A stretch of DNA of 64,000 nucleotides. Source: Harriotta raleighana. Taxonomy: Eukaryota. The position numbers were made by a program, and so were the translations under genes. The stretch is from NCBI GenBank assembly GCA_050575255.1, contig JBNZDD010013718.1, forward strand, positions 3,848,540 to 3,912,539. The letters run 5' to 3'. Below, piece by piece: positions 46,214 to 59,962 of this stretch. The notes under the pieces were generated by a model. It made no database searches, had not been told where the DNA came from, and saw only the letters and a program-made list of their open reading frames with translations. Position 1 is the stretch's first letter. Every line of letters starts with the position of its first letter.

Positions 46214-49200
46214 CTGAAATTAAAAAGAAACAGACAAACGCTGCAAGTCCATGGCCAGCAGGTCAATCAGCAGCTGCAAGGGGAAAAGTAGGTTAACGCT
46301 TGGTTATGAACCTTCATCAGAATGCTGAGTCCCGATCAAAGGTTATGCTCGGCACGTTAGCGTATCTTTTCCTTTTCAGAATGTAGTGCTGCCTTGAAAA
46401 CACATGTTAAAATACCAGACAGCTGGCGTTAGGCCGAAAACTCTCAGAGGAAAAGAGTGCAAAGAAAATCTAAGAAACCGAGAAATCGGAGGGAAACAAA
46501 ATACGTTCTGTATTAGCAAGACTTTTTTTTATAAACAAGAGAATAACACATTATAACATCCACACCTAATACAGTATAATGTAAAGTGCAAAGGTACCTT
46601 CTAAAATGAAGAAGAATGGGTTATTGGACTTTTAAGAAGATAAGAAGCAAAAAGAAATTCTAAGGATAGACAGATGGTGAATGCTAACTTCCAAGTAGCT
46701 GTGCATGTCAATAGTCCCGAGTGATATTAGGTACAGGAAAATGATAGCCTCTAACTTGTAGCAATAGAACTTGGGTGGTTCTCTCTGCATCTGTGGTTTA
46801 TCATATTTAATTTCCTGATGGAAATAGAATGCCCAAATCCAAAGAACTTCTAGTTAAAGAATACGGGGGTGGGGGACACACAGAATTCTCAAAGTGTATT
46901 TACAATAATTATGCTTGGGTGTGCAATGTAGGTATGTATAATTTGGGATTATTATTCAAGTTTAATTTTCCAAAGTGAAGGTGATCCTTCAAACTATGGT
47001 GATGTTTTCACAACTAATACCAGCATTTGAATGCTTACTTACTCCATCCCACCATCCACCTCCTCACCCATTTAATCACCGGTCCAGTCATGTGATTTCT
47101 GAATGTGAGATGAGGTAACCGGTAAATAGATGCAAAAACATATAAACTGTATCTAACCATTCATAATTACACAGATGCAAACACAGGTATATCCATAGAC
47201 ACACATGGAGATACAATTCTATTTGGAAACACTCCTCCTCTCTCACATACAGATATACATTGCAGACCTTTCCTGCTAAAATGAAAATAAATAATAACAC
47301 CATAATAATCCTTGAATTTAATGAGGCACTTTTCATACCAGGTCGTCTCAAACTACGCGCAATTTCCTGTAAGGTGTAACAAATATGTATTTTGTAGATA
47401 AACTCAGCAGATAATTTGCTCACAGCAATGTTCCATAAAGAAAGTTTTGATTTGCACATATCCTTGAAATTGCTTGAATCCCTATAATTGTTGTGCACGT
47501 AACTCCATTGGTAGTCTGCAGCTTTTGTGAGCATTCCAGAATATCCATATACATCGTTGTATTCCCTTTTAAATATACACTTGGTGGCAATTGTGATGCA
47601 TCAAATGTTGCCATGAATTTTTACAACATGTACTGTGTTTTGTATTTGCCAGTACAAGTCAAATAAATCTTGGGTTAGTCCATTAGTTCAGTGAGTCACA
47701 CAATGAATTATTTCTTCACTGTGACCAATATGATCTTGTACCACATCACTGATATTGACTCAATAAGGTTCCATTTTCTGCTGAGCCCATTAATACCTGT
47801 ATTGCATTGTAAATGTTTTAAATTCCTGTGTTCAAATTTTAAAAAAGACAGAAATGCATTTCAAAGTTCAGATGACATTGATAAACCACTTCAACTCGGT
47901 TTGGTTTATAACACCTCCCAAACTCTTTGATGTATTACACCGAAAGCATCTTGCTGCTTTAAAAATGTGTGTATATTTATAAAATCAATATAGAAGAGCC
48001 CTTCATAATATCACTATAGTACCTAATGTGACATCTAATATAAATGTACATTGGAGTTCTCTCATTAATAGAGAAATGACATAAAAAGACTGTCTCAAGG
48101 AGACACCCCTCACTTCAAAACTTTTTTTTTCAATAGCTTTTAGACACAGTATTTTACATGGAGTCTCAATATGGGAGACTTTGTTGGAGTATGACAAACA
48201 CTTCAAATATTTTCTTAGTAATTGTATTATTTGCATAAAACGGAACCTGTAATTGTGTCATGATTTGGCAAAGGGCAAAAATACAACCAAGTTCCTTAAG
48301 GATTTAGTGGAGGTCCAGTGCATAGGATATTGAAAGATTCATGTATTTCCTTTATTCTTACCATATATTAATATTTATATCTATTGGAGGACTTTTTCGT
48401 CACAGACAAAAAGGAAAGATTAATCAAAATATCATCAATGAGCAAGCTGCTCTTGCTGAGCAAACATGTACAGCTAAAAAAAATTAAGACTACAGATATG
48501 TGCTTGTTAATTATTAATTCTGCATCTGCCAAGCTAACTCCAGAATTCTGCACCCATATTTTTATTAAAGGATCACTCACCTGTCAATCAACCTCAATCT
48601 CAAAAACATCTTGCAAACTAGTTTTATCCCCTGTGCGTACATAGTTTGACAGTAGCGGCAGCAACTCGACACTGACCAGTTGGCAAACCAAGTGACAGCA
48701 TTCTTAACAGATTAATCGATTACTTTTTTCTGTTTTTTTCCAATTAGTGTCCTGCTCCGTTCTGTCTGCTATTTTCAACGTTGAAATAAATAGATTCTGC
48801 AGACTTGCATCGTTTATGTTAGGCTTTGTCATTAGTTGTCCATAGCAGTCAGAAATCACATCCAACAGTCATATGGACTGGTCAATACCTGTCCACATTA
48901 GTTAGAAATAGTTTGCGACTGTCAAAGACTAAAGTCAAATTGCAAAACTTTGTGGGGATAGCCCTTTTCAGTCATCTGTTTAAAGACTCACTGACTGAAT
49001 AAAAGGCAAGATATTAAAAGTGGATGTTAGAATTGGTGTGAATCAATAATTATTTGTGAAATTATGATCTCGCCCATGTCATTTTTCTCACCATCTCCAA
49101 TTAAATTAAATTCTCCAAGAGATGGATCTGCCTTCCTGACACCCTGTAGTGTCCTATATCTGACATTCTTTTGGAAAATGTACACAGGGACACATTAAAT

Positions 49201-49614
49201 AGTGTTCCACATAGTGAGAACTTTTGAGCTTTCTTTAAACACTGCACTCGTGAAATATCATTTCAAGGTGTCCTTGCCTTCATCCCTCAGTTTCTAAATA
49301 TTCATAAAGACAACTTTGCATACACTCCTTTGCATTAAAATCCCAATGTGCTTAAATGCAGAGTCCTTTGAGGTCTGTCATACTAGTGGGTCACTACATT
49401 TGACAAGTTTGGCAAGGTTAGCATTTTTCTGAAAAAAATTCAGGGAGACGAGACTGATAAATATTCAATGCATAGTTTTTCTTTTTTTCTTTTTTTATGA
49501 TATTCTGATAAAATGTGTAGCTTTTGCCTAACATAGAAATAGAGAGTTATTTTGTTATGGACAGACCAATTGATTACAGCCAGCTAAAATTCTGCTTTAT
49601 TTTAGCAGCTTAAC

Positions 49615-50005
49615 AATAATTATTGCATTTGATGTTATACCTCATTGCTTCAGGAGGATGCCTCAAAGCTCTTCACAGGATTTACTGTAATGTGCAGTGA
49701 CTGTATTTTGTAGGTGAACACAACAGTTAATTTGCACATAGCAATGTCCCTCTAACACCCTTGAAGTGAATTTTATCTGAAAGACTGTTGTCCAGAACAA
49801 TGGAAGAAACTCCCTCTCTTTTTGAATATTGCCAAGGTATCTTTAACATTTAGCTGAACAGGCAGACAGGCGCATGGTTTAAACATCTCATTAGAAGGAC
49901 AACACCTCCAACAATGCAATGATCCCGAGAACAGTGCCAGAGTGCCAACCTAGACTGTCAGGTCAAGGTCCACAACAGTATCAGTGACTGAGTCAGGCTG
50001 ACAAA
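49615..50005 (-). mobile_element. Near full-length SacSINE1-like Deu-SINE
   Basis: Tail, Deu core (TGCCAAGGTATCTTTAACATTTAGCTGAACAGGCAGACAGG..GGTTTAAACATCTCAT) and head remnants (ACTGAGTCAGGCTGAC) in order. Confidence 0.75.
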
Positions 50006-51109
50006 TAATAGCTGTTTTTTTGGCAAAGGGCAAAGAATATAAATTTGATTGAATACATTTAGAGTTTGGCAGTGAAAGACACAGGAATGTACATTATATC
50101 AGATAAAGTATAGTTAAGTATGTGACCAGCATGTGGTTTTATGAAAGTACATCATTTGTTGCCTAATAAAACAATGTTCTGGTATTTTATGGATTGGTAA
50201 TTATAATGGTAATTTGCTATTATTCATTATTAAAATCCTATGGTCATAAAACTGAAAAAAACTTTTTTTTTCTCTGAAGTTTTAATAGAGTCACTATGCC
50301 TTCTGCAGTATCAACGTTGCATGCTTGTGCCTTACTCTGAGTTTAACATAACAAGATGTCCTTTGAGATTTTGTCCACTTTAAAATCGTATTACTTTCTC
50401 AACACGAGACTTCACTGCACTTCATTGAGCCAGGAGGCTGGGTAGTCTCTGAGGGATGTTTGTCACAAACAAATCATGATAGTGATATCAGGAAGGGAGG
50501 GTTCCATTTTAAAGGCCTAGTAAAGCATTGCAATTTAATGTGATTCATATCTAGGTCTCTAGGAGGATGGAGAATGAGACTCGCTTAGTATGTTTACAGT
50601 TATGAGGGGGGTAGGAGTGGGTGGTGGGAGTGGGATGTTGTTTCCTCCAGTCCTGTTGAGAGGTCTGCGAGTCATGAAATGCGTCAGCTGGACATTTCCG
50701 TTAGATAGAAAAAGATGCTTGTGTGACACTCTCCATCTAGTAGCACAGCCAAGACCTGAGGAAACATATTCCAGCTACGACAAGCAGATTTCAGTGACAA
50801 GCAAGCCTGGGGCCCCAATACATAACCATCTGGGTGGAAAGCCCATTCTGTAATTGCTGGCTGCGCGGTCAGCCTTGCGTTTAGAGCTTTGTGCATTTAT
50901 ACTTTTACCCTAAAGTTAGAAACGAAACGATAAAGGAGAAATATCTACAAAAAGCAATGCAGCTTGATCAGTTGCACAGAGCACAACAAAGAATGTTTCT
51001 TCTCAAATAATACTGAGGATAAATAAATAAACTGTACCTCACTCATCTGGAAACTTCATCCTACAGGACTCAACATTGGGAATTGGTAAACCAAAATGAA
51101 ATTAAGAAG

Positions 51110-51365
51110 TTAAGGGGTGAGGAGAAACGGACTCCAGGATGGGGCAAAAAGTTTGAAGGGTCAACCGCCAATGGTGGGGCAGGCAGAGCAGGGGACATCA
51201 AGCAGGCCAGTGCCTGCCAAATGGAGGGAGTAGGTAGGTTGGAACGGTTTTAGAAGGTTATAGAGGTCAGGTGGAATAAGACCATGGAGGGCTTTAAGGT
51301 GAGGATAGGGATCCTGAACTCGATGGTTTGGGGTAGGGGTGAGCCAGTGGAGCCGGTTAAAGGTT
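51110..51365 (-). mobile_element. L2 ORF2 C-terminal fragment
   Basis: Minus strand contains CACTGGCTCACCCCTACCCCAAACCATCGAGTTCAGGATCCCTATCCTCACCTTAAAG (HWL..P.QTIEFRIPILTLK), homologous to 22150-22300. Confidence 0.75.
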
Positions 51366-51483
51366 CCTGGAGTCTCATGCAGGAGTCTATCAAAATAATT
51401 TCTACTAAATATGTGGCTGATTTATCCATTGGTAGCAAATAGCTTTGCAGAATGCTTATTCATTTCCATATTGTTTGGCTCAC

Positions 51484-51570
51484 CTTGTAACCTGTACAGT
51501 TGTGGTTCCCGGCATCCTTAAACAACAGGATGTTTTGAAAGACGTTTTGCTAAAGTAAGGTTTGCATTCA
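51484..51570 (-). CDS. Weak candidate 87-nt internal exon (phase 2-2: ECKPYFSKTSFKTSCCLRMPGTTTVQVT)
   Basis: tatttacag|TGAATG...TTACAAG|gtgagc; length divisible by 3; one open frame; weak pyrimidine tract; peptide not recognised. Confidence 0.15.
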
Positions 51571-53174
51571 CTGTAAATATTAAGCATATATACTTTGGAG
51601 TTAATGAGTGTGGCAATATAATGAAGCACCTTAGCAGAAATAAGGCTGCTAACAATTATATTTGAACATTAATAACTGATTCAGAATCGCAGTGTACAGT
51701 AACATTTTCACCTAGTTCGCACATGCATACCCTTTGCATGAAGCAGTTCATTTTTGTGCTAAACATGTTAGGGCCGTAATGCATTTGTCTCAATAGGCTA
51801 TCCCATGTGTCAGTACGACTGAAAATCAGCCCTAAGCTCCCTTTCATCCCAGTACAGGCACAGAATCCAAATAGTCCCAGAGTAACAGATCCGGATGGTC
51901 TGCACATCATCACTGAATACTGTATTCACTTGCCTCTGGCAAAGAATCTAGAGAGGCTACCTCAATGGCATACTGATGTCATCCAAGACAAAGCTATAAT
52001 TGGAGAAAAAAATGAAACACAAAAAAAAGCCAGCAGTACTCTGGATGACTGGAGGCCAGGGACTACGAGATAGGTTACTTTCTCTTAGTGATAGTAACAT
52101 GAAAATGAGGCAGGCATTTGTCGCCCGTTAATTGGACTCTTGTGGGCAACATTGCAGAACATAATTAAAACAAACACGATGAATCGCCTATACAACTGTA
52201 CTTGCAGGGCCGTGATCACAACATGGTGGATTGTAAAGGGCTCCTTAATTACCTCCAACACCGCAGTATCACAAGACTTTTTATCAGAAATTAAAGGATA
52301 TTGTGTCATAGAACTGCAGGAATCGTTTGAAGGCAGTAATTAGTATGGACTGTTAATAGATCGTGGCTCTGATTGCAGAACCAGCACCGGGCATGCCTAA
52401 GAGGTTCAGAAATCTTTAATGAACACCTGCGTTACAGAAAGAAATGAAGCCAGTGCCCTCAATTGTGACTGATCGATGCCTGTAAGTCATTAAAATTAAA
52501 GCACAGGCAACCTTTCTTGTTGGCTGAACTTGTGTTTCATACCAAAATTCCAAGCTCCTTCACGTTCCAGCTCACAAGCTCTGATCTCACAGACAAATAA
52601 ATTATTTATTTTCACTGGACCTAGTGTTAATGATTATGCAACCCTTATCAAAAATGTTGTCTCTGTCACCTACGTGATTTGGCTTCAAAAACTACTGTAG
52701 GCTTTTATGGTTTCACTTAAGATTCTGGAGTAAATTAATAGAATCCAACTGGTAACTGTGTCAATGGTACATTGACTTCTTAAAACGATTGATGAGGAGC
52801 ACAGAATGGAAAGCACAGGATTTCAAAATCCTTCTATTTAAGAAAAAATATGAAATCTCCACCACCCCAAACTGAATTAATTTTGCTGCCTTCACAACTC
52901 TATGCTATCTGCTTTGAGAAGAGGCTAGCTATAGACTGGGTCATTTTGAATACCTGTAATTCCTGCTCAGAATCAAGTGATGAGAAATGCATTAACCAGG
53001 CCAGTCAATCTTCTAATCTGTCAAATCTTAAAACTGTGCAGTATAGCATGGGGAGTATCTCCACTGAATGCCAGCAAAGAAATGTACAAGTTAATAATAC
53101 TACTTACATTTCATATAAATTCTTCCATATATGGTGGTATAATTGGAATGTCTGGAATTGAGCAGGTGTTATTT

Positions 53175-53690
53175 GGGGGTACAGTATTTAGCTCTGTTGT
53201 AGTGCTCTTGTCTCTGACTTGAAATGTTGCCAAGGTTTTGAACTCACAACTCTCGAAGCTGACACTTCAGTGCTGGGGATGTACAGCAATCTTGGAGATG
53301 CCATCCTTCAGATGAGACATTAAACCAACATATCCCTCAAAATATACAATCAATTCACTTCACAGTATATTCTGTGATGTGCTTTGCGACATCTTGAAGA
53401 CTTGATAAGGTGCTGTATCAAATGCCTTATTAGGTCCTAGCTGCCTATTTGAGTGAACCTTAAAGATCCAATGGCATGACTTGAAAAGAGAAGAGAGTTT
53501 CACCTGATATCCTGTCCAACGTTCTCCCAAGTAATGTTGGCCATTCATTCACTTCATAATGGTTTTGGATGCTGCGATAGACAAACACAGGATACATTCA
53601 CAACATTATCCTTCACAGTAAATCCTATGAAGTACTTTGAGGTATCCTCCCGATGTGAAAGGCACTCAGTCAAATGCTAAGATTATAATG
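53175..53690 (+). mobile_element. Full-length SacSINE1-like Deu-SINE with a nested SINE 3' fragment (~53330-53428)
   Basis: Head AGCTCTGTTGTAGTGCTCTTGTCTCTGAC; core GGAGATGCCATCCTTCAGATGAGACATTAAACCAA | insert | GGTCCTAGCTGCCT..AAAGATCCAATGGCA; tail CCTCCCGATGTGAAAGGCAC. Confidence 0.8.
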
Positions 53691-56600
53691 TACAGATTAT
53701 GCATAAAAGTTACCACTTGTCTCTTAGGCTTGAAGGAGAAAGTGCTACAATGATATCAGAGTGTGGCTGGTGAAGTGTGATGGTGCAATTTTGTGATTTC
53801 ATAACCACAATAAAATATGTTCTGGAGATATCTTGCTGGAATAAAACTAACTTGTAAATATGATGCTGTACTTTAGAGATTTTTTTTTGATAGGCAGATT
53901 TTATTACTGTCCCAAATATGAAAATCATGCTAACTGATGTAGCATAAAAGACATTACACCTAATTATGATGTTTGACCTGAAGGATTACAGCATCACTGA
54001 CAGGTACTTAAGTGTTTCAAGCTTGTTCTTCCAGCTGTTTAATGGGTAATGAACTACATAAGGTATACAGTAGAACTCCTTTCTAACATTTTCTAATGTA
54101 CTGCAATATTGGATTTATCACAGATTGTTTACGACTCCCTCACTGATAGAGAACCCATATACAAACCCCCTTTTAATTAGCTTTTTGTATAGCTCCCAAA
54201 GTCAAAATTATAACAAATCTACAGGATCAGGATTCATGTGATATTCGAGTGAACTCAGATATTGCACTACCACCTTTCATACCATTTTCCATTGTTGTAC
54301 AATTATAATCAATATAATACAGTAGTTTCAACTTCCGTTCTTTCAATATGGAATTGTATGATGACAAACTGAGCAAAATGTTTCACTCTGTGAAATTGAT
54401 ATCAATGATTCCAGATTACAAGATGTATCAGGGCTAATAGAAGTTAAAGATATTTGTGATGTACAGTCTATGAAAGCAATTTCATTGAAAGTATAGATAG
54501 CAGAAGAACGTGATTTTTTTTTGGAGCTTGGGGGAGGGGCGGTGGAGGTGGATCCTGGCTTCTTCAGCATCTTACATTGTATGTCAGTTACACCACCAGT
54601 ATCCAATAGAGGGCTCCAGGATGTATATACGAATATCTTGACCTGAAAATTATTACAGGTTGACCCACAAGTTGCTAGCGTTGGCAAATCAGGGACAAAC
54701 CAAATACAAGAAACCAAAATGAAGGACCTTTTTTAGATGATCTTTTATTCCCATGAAAGGCTGTTTTGGTAACGCTAATTGAAACCAAACCCTGGCTAAA
54801 GTGTCCAGTAAATACTTTAAACAAGTGAAACATAGCACAGCAAGCTACATCATCCTGTTAGAAAAACATATTAGGCAAACAGCCACTGCACAAGCAGAAG
54901 TTCAGTTATAGCAACCATGCAGATCAGGCAACATTAATGCAGCATTACAACAACAGTCACGCTGCATTTTTGTTGAGCATTTTAGCCAACATGTGGAACA
55001 TTCATGTCTGGTGATATGTCCCAGAGAATTCACATAGTACCAGTTCCTATTGTAAAATAGATGGGAGTCACTCAGTGTGCAAATCACCTTCACCTTCTAT
55101 TAACCCTGATAAAGAACTTCATTTAAATTAGGTTTTTTTTGTGTGCATGTGGGCTTTTTTTTTGCAAATGGAATCAAATGAGAGAGGGGTTTGGGAAAAC
55201 TGTTCTTAGTTTACATTTGACATTACTATCTTTACTCAGTTAGAAACCAGCATTGACTACTTGCCTCGCAGGAGAGGATAACAGACATGTATCTGCCCCC
55301 ATCCCATAGTGTCAAATAACCTCATCAAAATATACCTTATCCCAGCTTCCACTTAAACAGAATCCATGCATTAATCTTCATTATCATTCTTACTCAATGT
55401 ATATTATACATATATTTATATAAATAAGCTTAGTAACAACTCTGAATTGCTGGGGCACATGATATATAACATAGGAATCACATTGAAATGGCATAAGGAG
55501 ATTAGGTGGAACTCAATTAAACATTTGAAATCGTTTTGCAATAGATTTGTCCTTTACGTTTTAAGAGTTTCATAGAAGGAAAATGCCAATTATTTTTCAT
55601 GCTTTCTATCCTAATAAGATATAGTTAGGCAAGCCACAGAGCCGATAATCCCCTTTATACACTGAGGGAAAAAATCAGAACATTTAATTTAAATCCTTAC
55701 AAAACTTAATGTCCTTTGCAGCTTTCAAAATTACACTGTACTATGGAAATAATCCCACAAAATATAGTCCTCTTCCAATGATGTAGTCTGCTACAGTGTT
55801 TGTGGTTGCAACCACAACTATGGTGTAAAGGAATCATTTACAAAGGAAATTTAGTTTATACGATTGCACAACATGTACAGAATGGGCAAATAGGTTGCTC
55901 TATAAGATATGTTTCATGTAAAAGAAAATGGGAGATTCAGCATTGGTCAAATGAGAAATAGACTAGAAATTAGATAAAGATATAGGGTCTAAAATGCCAC
56001 AGTATTGAGCTGTGATTTCACACTTCCAATATATGGTCACTTTATTCAGACTGAAATCCTTTTCATGAAGGCACAGTTTATTATTTTTGAGAGGAGAAAT
56101 TTGTTTATTAGTCAGTGAAGTCATTAATCCTAAATTAGTGATTATGAATGAATATTTAAGTAGTTATTTAATTTTGGGGAATATACTTATATTGTGTCAT
56201 AAAGTCATTAAAGAATTTTTATTAGAAAGTTTGTTTCACTGAAAATTAAAAGGACAAAAACACATTGTGAGCTTGAATTTAGAGTCCCCGCAGTGGTTTC
56301 ATTATAAAACGAGTGCAGTTGGCAATGGGAAGGCATTGCAATTTTAAAAGAGTTCTTTCATCAGCTCAGAACAAGTCGGGTGGCGGTGAGATCAGCTACC
56401 AATATGTTTCTCGCTGATATTGGCTCTCACTATGGCAGCACTTAAGATTTGCCTCGTATGAACTATCAATATTTTCAACAAATATTCAGACTTTTTGATG
56501 GCTCCTGATATGGTGAGAAAAAGCGCACCTAGAACAACAGACTAAAAAGAGGGCCCTGTTTTTTCAACAAAATCGCAGTGAAATGTGATCAGGGGATACA

Positions 56601-57764
56601 GGACTTCAGACAAACCCAGAATGGCTCTTTTGAGATGAACATAACTTTGGGGTTTTACCTTCTACCTGCCATTAGAGGCAATCGAGTTGCTGCTCATCCA
56701 AACATAATGGTTGGATGTATAATCTTCAAATGATTGATGCATCAGAACCTGGAAATCAATAAACAAAATCATCAAATGTCTAATGACTTCTTAAAATGAA
56801 TTTGAAAGCTTCTGTTCAATTCCTCACACGCAGTTGTCATAGAGAAAGGTCTTCTTTAACAAAAAAAAAGCTGCTTAAATAACATTTGGCCTATTAAGAA
56901 ATGTCACACTGCTTGTGGGAGTGACAAGCTGCGTACCTGGGACAAGGTAAAGGTTTTGTGCTCATCAATGCTGGTTTGAAGCCTGCCTGAGGGCTTAACA
57001 TTACAGAGATTGCTGTAGCAGGTTGCAGGGGTCCTTCAGCACAGTGAGCCTACAGTGCTGCCTGAAGGGGTACCATGGAAACCAAGCTTGACAGGCTCCA
57101 GGGGACCTGCCACTTGCTTCAGGCCCTGGCTTTGACAGGCTGATGAAGACATCACAGCCATCTCAAAGGATGGACAACTGAGTCAGTTTGGATGCTGGGG
57201 ATTGGACCTGACCTACAGCAGCTGACAGGATGATTCCCTCGCACACAGTAACTTGAAATTGCTTTAAAAATGGTCGCCATTATTCTAATAGATTCACTTT
57301 AAAGAGCGCAATGATTGGGCATTGCCATCAATGGAGGAGTCTGAGTAACTAGAGACTCAGAATAGCCTTTATACCCAACAGATAGCATTTGCTTTTTATT
57401 CAAACAGTGGCCTAAATCAAATAAAACTGCTTGATAAAATTCCTTTTAAGTTGAAGGAACATTTTAGAATGTTTTTTTCCCTCCAATCCTATCCGTTAGT
57501 GCACTAATAAAAGTTAAGAGTACATTTACATAATGGCATAGTAAAATGCCAGGTTATTTGGCTTATTAAACTTATTGTATCCAGTAATTGAGAACAAATA
57601 CACTCTCTTTGAAGTTTCTCCAGCATTACTAAATACCCTTAGTTTTTGCACTTTGTCGTCATCTGTTAACCTAGCAGTAAGTAGGAACCTGATTGTAAGT
57701 CAATTGGTGGATTACTTTTCGGGAGATAATATTACTTTTGAAAAAAAGTTTTAAATAATATATA

Positions 57765-57940
57765 ATTTAGTCACTCAATCCATGACTGTTTGTGGGACAC
57801 TATTGAATGTAATTGGCTGTCGCTCTTCACCCATAAAATACACAGTCAATTCACTTTACAGTATATTTGGTGAAGTGCTTTGAAATGTCTTGAACAAATG
57901 ATAAGCCACTATTATCAAATGCAAGGATTATTATCATTAT
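57765..57940 (+). mobile_element. SINE 3' half
   Basis: TCAATCCATGACTGTTTGTGGGACACT..CACCCATAAAATACACAGTCAATTCACTTTACAG..ATCAAATGCAAGGATTATTAT. Confidence 0.8.
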
Positions 57941-59006
57941 TCAATCAGACAGCTTTTTTTTATTAGCTTATAATAAGACGGCCAGCTCCATCTCGAGTCA
58001 AAGAAAACATTTGTGTTTCGATCAACAAACATTTAGGCATTTGGTTTCAACATAATGTGCAAGAAATTGTAGTAAAACAAAATTATTAAAGATTGCATTT
58101 GTCATGATGGGAACTATTGCAATGCACCCAGGCTGGAAGAATGAAGTAAAACCATTCCCATTCGCCCCTACTCTCATGTTAACATTGTGTTTGCCTACAA
58201 AATACTGTCACTACACTTTACAATATATCCTGTAAAGCACTTTAAGATGTTCTCCCTACATGAAAGGCGCTATATCAAATGCAAAGATTGTGATTATTAT
58301 TACCTCTTTGCTTTCAGGAGAGCTATCGTGGATGGCGGGTGAACTAGTGAATAAAAGCATTTGGTATTCATATATCTCATAAGCTATTACTTTCAGCTAC
58401 AAAGAGTTCTGTCAAACATTGATAAGGTCCAGAATTTCAAGACCTACACGATTTATCCCAGCAGTTATAGACAACTTCTTTAGAAGATCAAAGCAGGGAC
58501 AGCAGACACTACAGCAGACACTTATTCTACATCTCCCACGACTCTTTTATTATTACTTTCTAACAAGAAAATTGCCCAAATATTGTAGTATAGGCATTGA
58601 ATACTTTACATTTAAGTAAATTTGTATGCAAAGATTACATGTAAGTAAATCTGTTTTGAAATTTAGGATAAGTAAAGCTGACTGGCAAGATGGATTAATT
58701 ACAAATATAGATAAGAGGATTGGATTTTTTTTTTAAAAAGATGGTTTATGTCAAACAAGGAACCATCAGAAAAAACGTAATGACTTTACTGACCAAAGAC
58801 AAATCTGGATAAAATGCCTAAAAGCAAAGACCTTAACAGTTCTTCTGCCGCAATTAAATTTCTGTTATTCCGTGATGGTCCAGTCAGGTTAGCTTAGGAC
58901 ATCATTAAAATTATTTTCAGTGTGAACACAGAAAAAGTCCCAGGAAAGGTAACAACAGAAAATGAGAGCTACTATTGTGATGCAGACAAACCCGACAATC
59001 TTTGTA

Positions 59007-59637
59007 CAGTAAAACTCTGTTTATCCGGTACCCACAGGACCTGGCCAGTGGTGGTTAAAGGGTTTTCTGGTTGAACAGCTTTTTAAAAAAAAAAATTTAA
59101 AATTATTTTTAACACATACCATATTTGTAATAGACTAAATAATAACAGATAATAACAATATAAGGGTATTTATTGTAAATGTTGTACACTGTACCATATA
59201 AATAGAGTAAATACAGTAATGACAGATACTGTAATAACAGAATATTATAGTTATTTTATTGTACATGTTAAACAAAACTATATAAATAATAGACTAAATA
59301 CACTAATAATAGATACTATAATAACAGAATATTGTATTAGTACTGTATTATTTATACTTAACTTTGCAGGAGAGGAAAATAAAACGACAAAATGGCGACT
59401 TTTGAAAAAAAGCTGTGATTATTGCGACATTTAAATGGAGCAGGAGCGAGTTTAGACTCGACTAGCGGCCAGCCGAAATACCTGCACCAGTAATTGTGTG
59501 CGACAATCGATTAATTAAATGCGTCATCACTATTTTGCCGGATAACTTCCGGTTTATCGAATCGGGACTTTTTTTTAGAGGTTCTGGTTCAACGGGTTTT
59601 CTGGTTCATCAAGTCATGGATAAACTGGGTTTTACTG
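59007..59637. mobile_element. Tc1/mariner-pogo(Tigger)-type MITE, copy 2 (631 bp)
   Basis: TA|CAGTAAAACTCTGTTTATCC ... GGATAAACTGGGTTTTACTG|TA; colinear with 12469-13092 including the internal tandem units. Confidence 0.92.
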
Positions 59638-59892
59638 TAGTACATCTCTGAAGTGTCAGCATACTGAGAAGCTCTTACTAAAACTCTATTGTGATCACTT
59701 CACCGTCGCCTAGCAATGACTTGATAATTCATTGCTACTTTAATGCGCTATAGGATAGATATGGCTGGGGGTGGGAAGGGAGACAAGAGATGGAGCATGC
59801 AATATCACGTTGCATTTTCTTCTCTCCTACATCCAGAATAGTGAATTTAGCATAATTCATTCATAATTCAAAGTACTTCAAAAGATGGAGGA

Positions 59893-59962
59893 CACAACAA
59901 CAACAACAAAATTACACTTGTATAGCACCTTTCACATCGGGAGGCTGTCCCGAGGCGCTAGA
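59893..59962 (-). mobile_element. L2/SINE extreme 3' tail with (TTG)n
   Basis: (ACA)n AAATTACACTTGTATAGCACCTTTCACATCGGGAGGCTGTCCCGAGGCGCT; similar tail-only copies at ~16460-16520, ~27575-27640 and ~29430-29500. Confidence 0.8.

Noticed and set aside
48575-48705. Minus-strand exon ending at a strong CAG|gtgagt donor (48581)
   Set aside because: No convincing acceptor or pyrimidine tract upstream and no recognisable peptide.
54066-54330. Tigger-like MITE starting TA|CAGTAGAACTCC
   Set aside because: No matching right-hand TIR found; cannot be delimited.
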